64,000 nt of DNA from Raillietiella orientalis (Eukaryota): NCBI GenBank assembly GCA_036172245.1, contig JAYWIR010000024.1, positions 1-64,000 of the forward strand, in the 5' to 3' direction. Below the pieces are notes generated by a model that saw nothing but the letters and a program-made list of their open reading frames with translations, was not told the DNA's origin and ran no database searches. Positions 13,601-25,000 of the stretch are shown here, in pieces. The translations under genes and the position numbers were made by a program. How positions within the stretch are numbered: the first letter of the stretch is position 1; every line of letters begins with the position of its first letter.

Positions 13601-14361
13601 GTTGCATTTCAGTCGGAGAAATAGAAAGCTGTGAAGAACAGTCTGTTGTAAATGAAATTGTGTCTTTGGGTAGAGCTGTGGGATTCGAAGTGAGGATGCA
13701 CAGGAGATGATCACATTGCCGGACTCTGCACAGAAGAACTTCAACATCTTCACGTTCAACAAGAAGAAGAAGTGGGAGAAGGAATTTTGTTGGAAGAGAA
13801 GGGCGTCAAGGGATGCATTTCCCATTCTGACCTCGAAACTCTGTTCTCCGTTTGGGCCAGAGCACAAGCCATCGAGGAAAAATGGCACCCTGATAAGACG
13901 GTGGTTACCAGGAGTATCAACTTATTTGATCACAATCAGTTAGGCTATTTCGAAAACATCGAAAAAAGCCGTCAGACCAAACAACACGAGAGAAATTCCC
14001 CTCGGGAGAAAAAAAGAAAACCAACATCCTCCACCGTAGCTAAGAATCAGGAAGGAGTCGCTTAGCAACAACATATCTTCATCTTTGCGATTTTCATAGG
14101 GAAAACTGATTTTTCATTCTTCCTTTGAGGTTGCCATAATGAAAACGAATAAAATAAACGAGAAAACATTTCGTTTCATTTTTCGAGGCTTCTGAACGTT
14201 CTATGTTATTCACGTCCAAATTAATAAAATGGGTGCAGTAAAGAGACCGTTTTCTTGGAATTTTTTCGGGTGTGGGAGCGAATTATTTCACCTTTTATTA
14301 TTCCTTACGTAAAATCTCGATTCGGAAATCAAACAGGTTTCCGGAACGAGTTAAATGCAGT

Positions 14362-14470
14362 CATAATTTAACGGAAATTGGAAGAATTCTCGTTTGGAGA
14401 TTACATTATGGAATAATGTAATTGCACCTTGAAATGTAATGATGGAGAAAACGGAGGTGCAAAATGGCAA
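14362..14470 (+). pseudogene. Possible remnant of the 50S ribosomal protein L9 C-terminus
   Basis: Frameshifted HNLTEIG...RLHYG..VIAP*NVMMEK loosely resembles the L9 C-terminus. rplI lies directly upstream of dnaB in Firmicutes and Mollicutes. Confidence 0.35.
14453..14458 (+). promoter_or_regulatory. Relict Shine-Dalgarno site (GGAGGT) of dnaB
   Basis: acGGAGGTgcaaaATG: 5 nt upstream of the dnaB ATG. Confidence 0.7.
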
Positions 14471-15328
14471 TGAAAGTGCAAAAGCTTTATGTTTTAGCTG
14501 AAGCTGAACAAACTATTTTGGCGCTTGCAGCACATTCAATGTCAGCAGCAGAGGAAATTTTTTCCAATCTCAACTGATGGAGATATGAATTATTTCACAG
14601 TAATGAATTATGGAGTCATCTTGAAAGCTTTTTGCGTGACTTGTTTGCCAGCAAAGTTGCAATTGGTGTATCAACCTGAAGTAATTGCATGTTGAAAAAT
14701 AAAGAGTTCAATAGAATGGGAAGAATTGAATGTCCAACTTACTTATTTCAATCATCTACAAGAGATGCTCGCTTGGAGATTGATTTGGATGATGATTTGA
14801 TATAAAAATAGTAAAAATCACGAAGATTCAAAGGATGAATTGAAGAAATCAGTAAAGAAATCATTTCGAACCAATCAATTGCAGAGGTTGCAAGTAAAGC
14901 TGAAAAATTGGGTGATACTCTCAATCGGAAAGATAATATATTCAAAAAATCACTTGCTGACGTGGACAAAGTATCAAACCAAATTTGAATGTCAGGAAAC
15001 TCAGGCAGTGTTAATACTGGCAGTGCAGGTGGATTTGATGATGATTTAGATGGAATCACTTCTGGTCATCAAAAGGGTGAACGTATTATTCGAAACGCTC
15101 GTCCATCAATGGGGGAAACAGATTTAGCATTAAAGTTTGCTTTTGATTGTTCTGGGAAATGATCTAATGCTGTAGGGATTTTTTCAGTTCAGAGCCAAAC
15201 CAAAAAAACCAATTCAAAGAACGATAGGGGCAACTTCCACTGTTGACTGAACCAAGGTTCAACGTCAAATAGAATTGCAAAATAAAAACAAAAAAGTGAA
15301 CAGCTACAAAAATAAAAGCAACCTCAAA
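14464..15328 (+). pseudogene. dnaB: Bacterial replicative helicase pseudogene (N-terminal domain to just past Walker A), truncated
   Basis: Hand translation from ATG 14464: MAMKVQKLYVLAEAEQTILALAAHS...DLDGITSGHQKGERIIRNARPSMGETDLAL...AVGIFS. The canonical DnaB pattern is LD.IT.G.Q.GDLIILAARPSMGKT...V.IFS. In-frame TAA/TAG/TAA at 14803-14814, several TGA, frameshifts, and Walker A K replaced by E. Confidence 0.88.
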
Positions 15329-16639
15329 ATGAGAATGTTGGATTTAATTGAAATGAAAAAGAATGGACAAGAACTTTCAGAGGAAGAAATAAAATATATT
15401 ATCGACGGATATACAAACGGTGAAATTCCAGACTATCAAATGTCAGCATTTTTGATGGCTGTTTATTTTCAATCCATGTCAGTCAAGGAAATCTCCTATT
15501 TAACACATGCAATGATTGCATCCGGTGAAACATATGATTTATCAAGTATTGAAGGATTTAAGGCAGATAAGCATTCATCTGGTGGTGTTGGTGATAAAGT
15601 TAGTTTAATCTATGCACCATTAGTAGCTAGTTTTGGCTTAAAGGTTACTAAAATGTCTGGCCGTGGTTTAGGCCACACTGGAGGAACAGTTGATAAATTA
15701 GAAAGCTTCAAAGGTTTTCAAGTAGAAATTTCATTTGAAGAATTCAAACGGATTATTAATAAAGTGAATATGTCAATTATGGCTCAATCAAGCAACATTG
15801 TTCCAGCAGACAAAAAGATTTATGCTCTAAGAAATGCAAGTGCAACTGTGAATTCAATTCCATTGATGGCTGCAAGTATCATGTGTAAGAAAATTGCCAC
15901 AGGTAGTGAAGGAATTGTTTTGGATGTTAAATGTGGAAAGGGGGCATTTATGAAATCAGTCCCTGAAGCAAAACAACTGGCACAGATCATGGTTGGAATT
16001 GGGAAACATTTTGATAAAAAAATTGCAGCTCAAATTACTAATATGGATCAACCGTTGGGTCGGGCAATTGGAAACGCAATTGAAATCTATGAAGTTGTGA
16101 AAACTTTACAGGGGAATGGATCTGAAGATTTGCATAGTATTGTGTGTGAATCAGCAGCACTAAGTTTGTGTCAGAGTGAAAAATATAATGATTTGGATGA
16201 AGCATTTAAGGCATGTGAAGCTAAATTGAAAACAAAGGAACCACTGGAATATTTTATGAACTTTATCAAAGAGCAAGGTGGAGATTTATCTTTATTGGAT
16301 CATGTGGATAATCTTGATTTAATGTTAAATACTGAAAAGAAAATTGAAATTCAAGCTAAAACAACAGGGTACGTTGAAATAGTTGATACGAATGAACTCG
16401 GATTACTAGCAGTTGGTTTAGGTGCGGGCAGAAACACAAAAGAAGAAGCAATTGATCATATGGCAGGAATTTATCTAAATAAAAAGACCGGTGAAAAAGT
16501 GGAAGCCGGCGAAGTCGTTATGACATTATATACCAATCGTGATATTGGAGATATGCTTTATGAATGGGCTGAAAAAACCTTCCAGATTTCATCGAGTCCA
16601 CCAAAACCCGTGAAATTAGTATACGAAATCATTCAATAG
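15329..16639 (+). CDS. pdp: Pyrimidine-nucleoside phosphorylase / thymidine phosphorylase, bacterial type, intact (436 aa from ATG 15329)
   Basis: N-terminus MRMLDLIEMKKNGQELSEEEI...IPDYQMSAFLMAVYF. Family motifs DKHSSGGVGDK, KMSGRGLGHTGGTVDKLES, YALR, ASIMCKK, LDVKCGKGAFMK, MDQPLGRAIGNA and LGAGR. No stops or introns; AT-rich relative to the flanks. Confidence 0.95.
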   Translation: MRMLDLIEMKKNGQELSEEEIKYIIDGYTNGEIPDYQMSAFLMAVYFQSMSVKEISYLTHAMIASGETYDLSSIEGFKADKHSSGGVGDKVSLIYAPLVASFGLKVTKMSGRGLGHTGGTVDKLESFKGFQVEISFEEFKRIINKVNMSIMAQSSNIVPADKKIYALRNASATVNSIPLMAASIMCKKIATGSEGIVLDVKCGKGAFMKSVPEAKQLAQIMVGIGKHFDKKIAAQITNMDQPLGRAIGNAIEIYEVVKTLQGNGSEDLHSIVCESAALSLCQSEKYNDLDEAFKACEAKLKTKEPLEYFMNFIKEQGGDLSLLDHVDNLDLMLNTEKKIEIQAKTTGYVEIVDTNELGLLAVGLGAGRNTKEEAIDHMAGIYLNKKTGEKVEAGEVVMTLYTNRDIGDMLYEWAEKTFQISSSPPKPVKLVYEIIQ

Positions 16640-16849
16640 AATCCATAGCTGCTTCAAATCAAAATCGAAGGAGACGAAAATTATGTTCTCTGCCAAGAGA
16701 AGAATTCCCTGCAATAATAGCTTTGTTTTCTCTTTCGAACATTATTTGTGTTTTGATTGTATGTTTTTTCTTTTTCCTTGAATAATATTGCTTTTGACTT
16801 TTGGGGTGCTTTTCTTTGGCGTTTCAGTAACATCAAATAGAGGATTTTT

Positions 16850-16851
<2 letters not shown>

Positions 16852-16888
<37 letters not shown>

Positions 16889-18692
16889 GTTCGAACCGTC
16901 ATTTCGGGTAGAGGAGAGACTTCCTGAGCCTCCATCTTCCGTGCCTGGAACAACGGATTCCCTGAATGGATTCACGGGAACGACGCTTCAGCAAACGAAT
17001 GGAAAAATGCAAAGTGTTTGACCACCCCGAAGACATGAACTCGATTTCTGATGCAGAAGGGCTCTGGACTATCGTTCACACTTTTTTCTCTGTCCACTTG
17101 GGGCACTCTTCACTCTTCTTCAGGGTGCTCCCATCCTCCACTCCCTGGCTTTCGTATGGTGAGAAAAGACTGTCTGGATTCTCCGGCTGGCTGGATGTTT
17201 TCCTTACGATGTGGACGGCATAGATCTCACTCGAGAACCGCGTAGGCACCGGCTGCCGTCCGGTGCCTCCGTTCCACCAGCTTCTTCTTTGGCATTCCCG
17301 GATCTTGTAATACTTCTTCATTACCAGGATAATACCACGCCTTCAGAGAGCCAACGATGAACGCGTGTACTTTGCTTTCATTTCCACCTTTTCCCAGCTG
17401 TACTGCTACGTCCTTGTGTTTTCCTTCCTGCATCCTCCTGTCTGTGCTGAACGCCTCTTTTCCATTCTCATGTGGACAGCAGACGTCTAGCACACATGTT
17501 TAGTTTCCTCTTTTCATGACCCGATCCGGTTCTAAGGTGGAAGTTGCTCTCTGGTACTCTCTGGTTTCTTTACACAAGACTCCACTTTGCTTCATGCACT
17601 GCGGCCTTTCTGATAATCTCCTGAGCCGCGTCGTGGCGTGCCACGGACAAAGGAACCGGTCCCTTGCATCTATTCAGTATGTGGGACAACGTTCTGTTTT
17701 CTGTCCAGCAACGCACTTCCACTCTTGTTTCTGGAATTCGACGAAATCCGTTCAAAATTCGTTAAGCATTGTGGTGAGCATCTTTGCTTAAATGGAGATA
17801 GGTCTATTGCAGATGCTGCCTGGCTTCTTCTCCGCAGTACCGTCCAGGGAAGTCCTTGGTCTGATCTGTATTTCCAACTCCTTTTCAAAATGCTCTTTTA
17901 CCGTCTCAAGCTCTAACTTGCAAGTTTGGTCCTGCTGACCTAGAATGGCTCGAACTGCTCTTCCGTTCATATTGTAGAGTTCCTGGATGGACGATCTCCT
18001 CAGCGAGGCCCTTCTCCATCCAGGATCTTCTGGAGATGGATTCTTTCTTTGTTGAATTTCATGGAATAATTCGGTCTTTGCGTCCATTTTTCTTTCCTGC
18101 TTGGTTTCGCATATCTCTTATATTGCTGCTGTTTTGCTCGTGTTTTCTGGTGATGGCTGTTCTCACTGGCTCTCCTGAGCGACCGTGGCTAGGGGAAGCT
18201 GTCCCAGGAGGAGAGGGCAATTATTATACCGTACTTTGCAGTCGATGGGAGCAGGTTGTCTTTGCTTCTTTTCCGTGTCTTCCTTTAGTGCATGTTCGAT
18301 CAGAGGGTCTACAATTGCTTCCACATTGCCAAAAAGCCCTCCTTCCTCCTCTTCTTCTAGTTGGGGCATCGCGGGTGGTATTCCAACTGAAGTGCTCTCT
18401 TCCCTCTCATCTTCTGGCTTGTCCGCTGCTTTCTTGTCTTTCTTCTTGACCCATCCATTAATGAGTATATTAATGGACGGGGCTTCCTCCGTGGCCAGTC
18501 TCTTTCCGTTGGCAGGTTGCGGCGTCTCCGTTCGTTGCCGTCGGACCCGACATGGTTTCGCAGGGCTTTTCTTGTGGAAGAGGTCATGCTGCACTCCGGT
18601 CTGGTACAGAACAGTCTCGTCGAGAGTTGTACCGTGACCACGCGGGTAAGTGAGGAAGATTCTTCATCGCAGACGTGTTGCGAAATCTTACT
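16852..18692 (-). mobile_element. Mirror copy of the NeSL/R2-like element
   Basis: T34 at 16852-16885; ORFs 17227..17493-, 17570..17755-, 17788..18087- and 18357..18641-. Confidence 0.8.
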
Positions 18693-21600
18693 TGTTGTTT
18701 TTCCACTTGGAAACTGAAGCGCAATTTCCTTGGATTCTTTGAGGGAATTCTTTGAAACTTATGTATGCTCATTTGAGGGAAGATCGATACTTAATTCGGA
18801 TGTATGCTTATCTCATCGCGAATGTGGTTTCTACTTTTGAATGGATTAGGTGGAAGGACGCTACCGTTAAAGAGATTTGAGGAAACAAGAAGTAGTGAAG
18901 TGAGGATGTGAAAAGCAATTCAGCAAAAGTGCACTGCACCATTTTCTTACTTTTGGACGACAGTCTTCTGATGTGTGGTGTAAGGTAACGTCTTCTCGGT
19001 CTCTGAAGAAACTCCGGCGGTACCTCGATTGCGTTGCTGCAGCATAAGGACGTCATATCCATTTGGTAGCGTGGGTGAAAGACTGCAATTCGTGGAGCAG
19101 TTTCCTTTCATATTTTTGATATGATGTATTTTAGAGAAACACTGACAGTGAGCTTTTTCCCACTCTCAAGTACTCTGCAAACTGGAACAACACATTGTGT
19201 GTCGAAAATAACATGCCCCTGGAACTTCACCTGAAGCTCGTGGAGCACGTTGTCTGTGACACAGAATGAAGAACGCATCTGCATGGTTTAGACGTTAGTC
19301 GCCGTGCAGCGGTGACCAAGAAGAAGAGAAAAAAGAATAACCATAAAATGGCAACGTAATACAACGGAAGAGTAGCGATTGCTGTCGAGAATTGCGACCT
19401 CGATGCTCAATTGCTTAGGTAGGCTTGCCGCATGGAAGATTTCTTCAACTAAGGATCCTGCCTGATTAGAAAGGAGATCGGTATAAAGCAAACGGTTTTT
19501 CACTTTGAGCTGGTGAGATACTTTTTCATCACGAAAGGATTGGGAAGATGGGAAATTTTTTAGTTACGAACGATTGTGAAACGTGTTGATAGTGATGCGA
19601 CGGGTTTGCGTGGTGACCATGGTATCGTATTGACCGAGACCAATGTTATTTTGCTCAGCGCTGAATTCAAGGGAGGGTGCGATGGAGAATGGGAGAACCT
19701 GAGGGAAGGATGGAGCCTGTGCAGCCCCCAAGGGAGGAAGGAGAGTTGCTAGGTAAGGGAAATTATGAACTGCCTGGTCGTAATCAGATTCGATAGAAAT
19801 TGGGTCTTCTAGTTACGTTGCGAATGATATGCACGTGTTTCGTTCTGAAGGTAGGAGAGTGGGTAGGAAAAGAATAGGGCTGAATATTGTTTGTGTGCTC
19901 TTGAAAAGGAAGGGCGTTTCTTCTATGAGCGCGAGGCGGGTCAGGGAAGAGCTGGCAATCATGGATTTGCACTGTCGACTCTGCAGCCGAGAAAATTTGT
20001 GCTTAGGCGTGGATGCTTTAGCAGAGGACGAGTCCGAACTGGTCTGGCATTCTATGTAGAGTATGGATGTGCAATCATTACGTCTGCACTTCTGTAGAAA
20101 GATTAGTAGTGAGTGAAACTTGGATAGAAGACAGTTCCTTGAGGGAGAAATGGGATGGTCAACTCATTATCTAAAGCAGCAGAGTTTTCGAATTTCTTTC
20201 GTTCAATGAAGCTTAGCAGTAGGAGCATTGTCTAATAATTCGGTGATAATGGGTAAAAATCGGTTTGCTCCAAACAAGCGTGATTGATTGAACCACAATT
20301 TAGTTGGCATGCGAGAGATTTTTCTTCCGGTGTTGCGGATGCAGCACAGCGTTGATAGTGACTGATCGGAGCAATAGGCCGTGTGCCGCGAAACTGAGGA
20401 TGGTGCAGCGGAACGAACGAATGGTCCCATTTCGAATGAACGGTATTCGTTCCTCGGTCATTATTTTCATGTGTCGTGCGAGGTTGCTCGGAAAGAATTG
20501 CTGCTTATTGCTATATAGTGGAAATTTATTTGCACCCTATATGCCAGAAGGGTATGATCGTCGGTACAGGATGAGGAAGAGGAATCCGTACGGAACACCT
20601 GTGAAGTGTCCGTATCAAAAGGAAGATGGAGGCAGTGAAGTGAGAATTTGAAATAGGGAGTCGGATAAGGCAAGCAATCGGGTGAAGACCATGGAATGTT
20701 GCGTCAACAAAAAGAGGTGATGTAATGGAGAATTTAAGCAGGAAAGATTCTCGTGAATAGGAGACAAATGGGGATGGTAATGATTAGGGAAGTCGACGAA
20801 AAAGGAACACCTTTTTTGAATAAAAGGAAACACGGACTTTTCGCCACAGTATTTGTTCCCACGAGAAAAATTGTGTCGAGGTGGGGTGCTGCTAAGGTGT
20901 GTAGTGTGGTTTCATCAAGAGAGTTTGAGGAAAAGTTGAGTTGTGGGTGAATCTCACCTGGGAAGAAATTGGCAGAAGATGAAAACGAGTTAGAAGCTTT
21001 CTGAGAAAATAAATGCAATGATTGGAAATTGGAAAGTTTTTATTTTTGTGCAAAGGGTGCTCGGAAATCCATACTCTCGTTTCAATTCTTTCTTTTCCAC
21101 TCAACTTACCAATGTAGATACCCTGAAGAGTGTATGTTGAGTGCTGATTGCATGCGTAAACAGGTTGGAGAGAGGGGTATGAATGGTGCTTAAGAGAATG
21201 AAGGATGAATCATGGATGTGCATTGGTGAAGGAGGAATGGTTGGTGGATTGGTATTGCATGGATATTTTCATGTACATGCGGGTTCTGTTAGTGAAGTTG
21301 TAAGTTTGGATGGGAACTATGGCTGATTTTAGGGATATGCTTGAGAGGGATAGTGATGAGATTACTAGAGGTATTTGAGATTGTAACAATTTGGACATAT
21401 ATGCCAGGTAATGTGGTCACATGTGACTGATTCTCAGAGGGATATCCGTTGAATGAGGATGTTAAGGTTTCGAAAAGTAGAAGAAAAGACACAGGGTCAG
21501 GGTATGTAGATTGGTAAGTGATATGAACCTTGAATGCTTCAGCAAGCTTGCATTGAAAGTGAAAATAGAAGGATGTAAGGAAATGAGCAGATGGAAATAT

Positions 21601-23968
21601 TTATGGGACAAATGTGGATTGATTTTAGATAATGATGAAAAATAGGGCAATGAAGATGTTGATTGAAAGGGCATTTGAGGAGTCATCAAAGTTAATGCTA
21701 ATGGTTTTTGATTTCATTATAGTTGTAAATGCACAGAGGACCTTTATGTAGGGATAGTCAAAGTCCTGGGGACTAAGGTTTCTATAGGTGGATGGTGATG
21801 GATGTAGTAAGATGGAATATCTGTGGAGGGTGGATTGATGGAACATGGACAGTGAAGAGGAGATGGTGTTTACCATGAGCTTTCTGATTCTGTGAGCGGT
21901 ATTGAGGCAGACATATGTACAAAATGGGATGTAAAGAGCATGATTAGATGGCAGATGGCAAGTCTGGAAAAGAGAAGGACCTAAAGCCAACATGTGGGTA
22001 CTATGTGTGGAATAGAATCAGTTACTTGATTGTCAAAGTGTCGGTGTTCCCACTCGACAAGGTTTGTTTCTTAGCAGTCGTCTGTTCATGGTAGTCATTT
22101 AGGTTGTTGAAGTCAAAGGTTTCACTAGGATCGAGGTGAGTGAGCACAAATCTGTGCCGCATGCCGCAGAGCATTTTCGAAATAGAATTCCTCGTCTAGC
22201 TAAGGTGGTAGATTGTCGGATCCACAGACAGGGCATCGATCTGGATTCCAAGGAAGGGGCTAGCTCGTTAGTGCAATACGTCTTTCGACGCATTGACCAT
22301 GCGATTCGTGCTGGGAAGTGGTACGAGAAGAAAAGCAATGGCGGTGATCCATTTCGTATTGTAAGTGGATTGAATAATCAGTGTCCGTCTTTCTGAATAG
22401 GGGATGCAGTTGTGGCGGCAAAAAAACAAAAATTCTGTGGGCTACGATGTTGCAAAAAGAAATTCCAATGTGTTGCTCTAACGCCTATAGCGATGGCCGA
22501 TTGAGAACAGTATGAGCAAGGTGGCTCAGTTTCAAATTTAGAACAAAATCCCATTCCCACGGGAACAAAATCCCAATCCCATTCCCATTGGAAATCAACA
22601 CAAAACCGAGAAATGACGTTGATGACGAGATTCAAACTACTTTGACTCCTTAGGCTCCTTGGCGGACTTTGACTTACGGGATTCCCCGAAAAAAAAAAGA
22701 CAATCTGCCCGCGTCGGAGGCTTTGTGGTTAAGGCTTCCGCGCGTGGCACCATGCGTCGCGGGTTCGAATACTTCGGCAGATAACTGACGCCACTGCGTC
22801 GTTGGGTTCCGAGTTTCTCCTGCAAGATGGAGCTGGTTGGCCGAGACATTCGGGCATGGCCCTGGCGGTGGATAAAGCCCGGAGGCCTCCCGATGAAGGC
22901 CGGAACAATGGGAGTCGACCTTCGGGTCCTCCCAGGAATAAAGGAGTGGGGAGTTCCTCCTCCAGTCGTGCAACGGAGAGCGGACCCCCATCACCGGGGG
23001 ACCGCCTCCGGTTTCAAGATGTAGCAGGAGCCCTCACGGGCACCTCTCCAGTTGTTCAAAGGAGCGGACCCCCCCCCCCCGGTTGAGGGGTCCCTCCGAG
23101 TCGTCGCCTCTCCAGAAGAGTGCAAGGAAGCAAGCGAAAACATCCCCATTCGGGAAGCAGCAGCGCCCCTTCTGAGTTTCGGAAGCGTCCCTTCGGGGTT
23201 CTCTTCAGAGTAGTGAAAAGGAGCGGTTCCCTTGCAGGTTCCCTCCGGAGAAGAAAGTCCTACAAGAGGATCCTTTCCGGGTTCCCTTGGGAGAAGTTAA
23301 AATGGAGAGGACCACCCCACATTGCGGGGCGCGTCCCTCCGGAGAGAATGAGGAACGAGATTCCCTTCGGGGTTCCCCTTCGGAGACAACCAGGGTGGGA
23401 GGTGAGATCCCCCCGTCTGGGGGGGATCCCTCCCCAAGCGTGAGAGGAACGGACTCCGAGCCCTTCCTGGATTCAATAGGGCGGACCCCATCCCGGGGTG
23501 CCCCCTATCCTGAAGAATATTACACTGAAGAATTACACGCCCCCCCCTGCGGGTTGCCGCGGACAGGTGTGGAAACAAAACAGTGTGTTAATGTTTGAAA
23601 AGAGCCACGCGCGCCGCGAGGCACGCGACCGGCTCTGAGGTACTTAGCGAACCAAAAAAAAGAAAACTCTTAAAAAGAAAAAAAAAAAAAAAAGCTGGAA
23701 GGAAAACAGCGAAGACAGAAGAAAAAGAAGTACCCAAGGATTACCATCGTCCTAGGCCAATAGTAAGGATCTCCTCGTGGGGTCGCTACTGGCCTTATAA
23801 AAAAAAAAAAGACAAAAACAGGGGAATCTGCGGCACGTGGGATGGCAATCCCTCGTCAAGACGCGGCACTCCTTTACTTCCTCGAAGGACGTGTTTTTTG
23901 GGTGCTCCCTTTAATGGCGGTTTCAGGTGGTGTTTGTGTGGGTTTTGCGCGGCTGTTTGAGGGCAGAA

Positions 23969-25000
23969 ATGTCTGAGGACGCCGCCAGTACGGCGGGGGG
24001 GGGGGGATGGATGTGGGGACCATCTCCCCCACAGAAGCGTCCCCCACCCGGCGTGGGCTTGGAGCGCGCTGGTGGCGGCGCCTGCGCCGCCCACCGCAGA
24101 ACAGCGGGCGTGCCAGGCCGACAGATACAACTCGGCCCTGTTGTACAAGGTAAGTGGCCTGTACTCCCCCGCTATTGTGCGCTCGTTCGCGCTTGAATTC
24201 TCCCCCTCTCCTCGGGGAGTTTCAAGCGCCGAGAAGCGCTTGAAACTTCCCGAGGAGAGGTGCTTGACCTGTCCATTCGCAGCGGGGGGCAGCTCGCTGA
24301 GCTAAACTTCAGGACCGCAGAGATGGCTCAACAGCTTCTGCGCACGCCGGTGATCGTGATCGGTCAAAGGATCTTCCCGTTCACGGCGGACAACTCCATC
24401 GTTGTCCACTTCATCGGTATCACCATGAGAATGGCAAAGAACGCCGTTAGGGAGGAGCTAGAAAAGTGTCCACGAGGGACTGTCCACGCGCTGTGGGCTC
24501 GCCTCTTGTCGCCGATTGCGTGTTACCGGTTGGAACGTCAACGGGTTGCGCGACGACGGCGAGAGGCGAGACGTAGCTGCCATACTGCGAGACTTCGACC
24601 TGGCGCTCCTGCAAGATACGCACATTCTCAGAGTAGATGTCCAGGAAATCGAAAGGATCGCAGGAGGGCTTCTACTGTGGAGGAACGGGAGCGAAGAAGA
24701 CCACTCCTGCAGAGTGGCCTTTTTACTGAGGGATTCCCGGCAGTGTTCCAGTCCTACCTGCGCTCCTGCTGGCGTGACGCGTTAATAAATATTCGTTTCA
24801 GCGGCCGGCACTGTACGGCGTGCCAGTGCGCTGCGGCATCCGGCAGGGAGACAGCCTGAGCCCCTTGCTCTTCAGCATCTACTTCGAGTTGGTGCTGAGA
24901 GCATACAGGGAGACTTTGGCTACCCTGCCGAGCTTGCAATGTGTCGGCCTATGCCGACGATCTTCTGCTGCTGCTCCCCGGGTCCACCGCGGCGCGTGCG
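23969..25000 (+). mobile_element. Heavily deleted Tx1/L1-like element E in the palindrome 1 spacer (ORF1-like piece, endonuclease N-terminus, RT core)
   Basis: RVTGWNVNGLRD...LALLQDTH (APE endonuclease) followed within ~100 bp of the endonuclease fragment by GIRQGDSLSPLLF and SAYADDLLLLL (RT). Confidence 0.8.

Noticed and set aside
14464..15328. dnaB as an intact gene in genetic code 4 (TGA=Trp), i.e. live Mollicutes contaminant DNA
   Set aside because: TAA/TAG stops, frameshifts, the Walker A K>E change and the C-terminal truncation remain under code 4. The TGAs fall at positions better explained by decay.
15275..15328. 454-aa pdp starting at TTG 15275
   Set aside because: The family N-terminus begins at MRMLDLI (ATG 15329). 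The extension is in-frame dnaB debris.
22545..22592. TCCCA(T/A) repeats as telomeric or CRISPR-like repeats
   Set aside because: Few, irregular units with no spacer periodicity. More likely a transposon subterminal or low-complexity motif.
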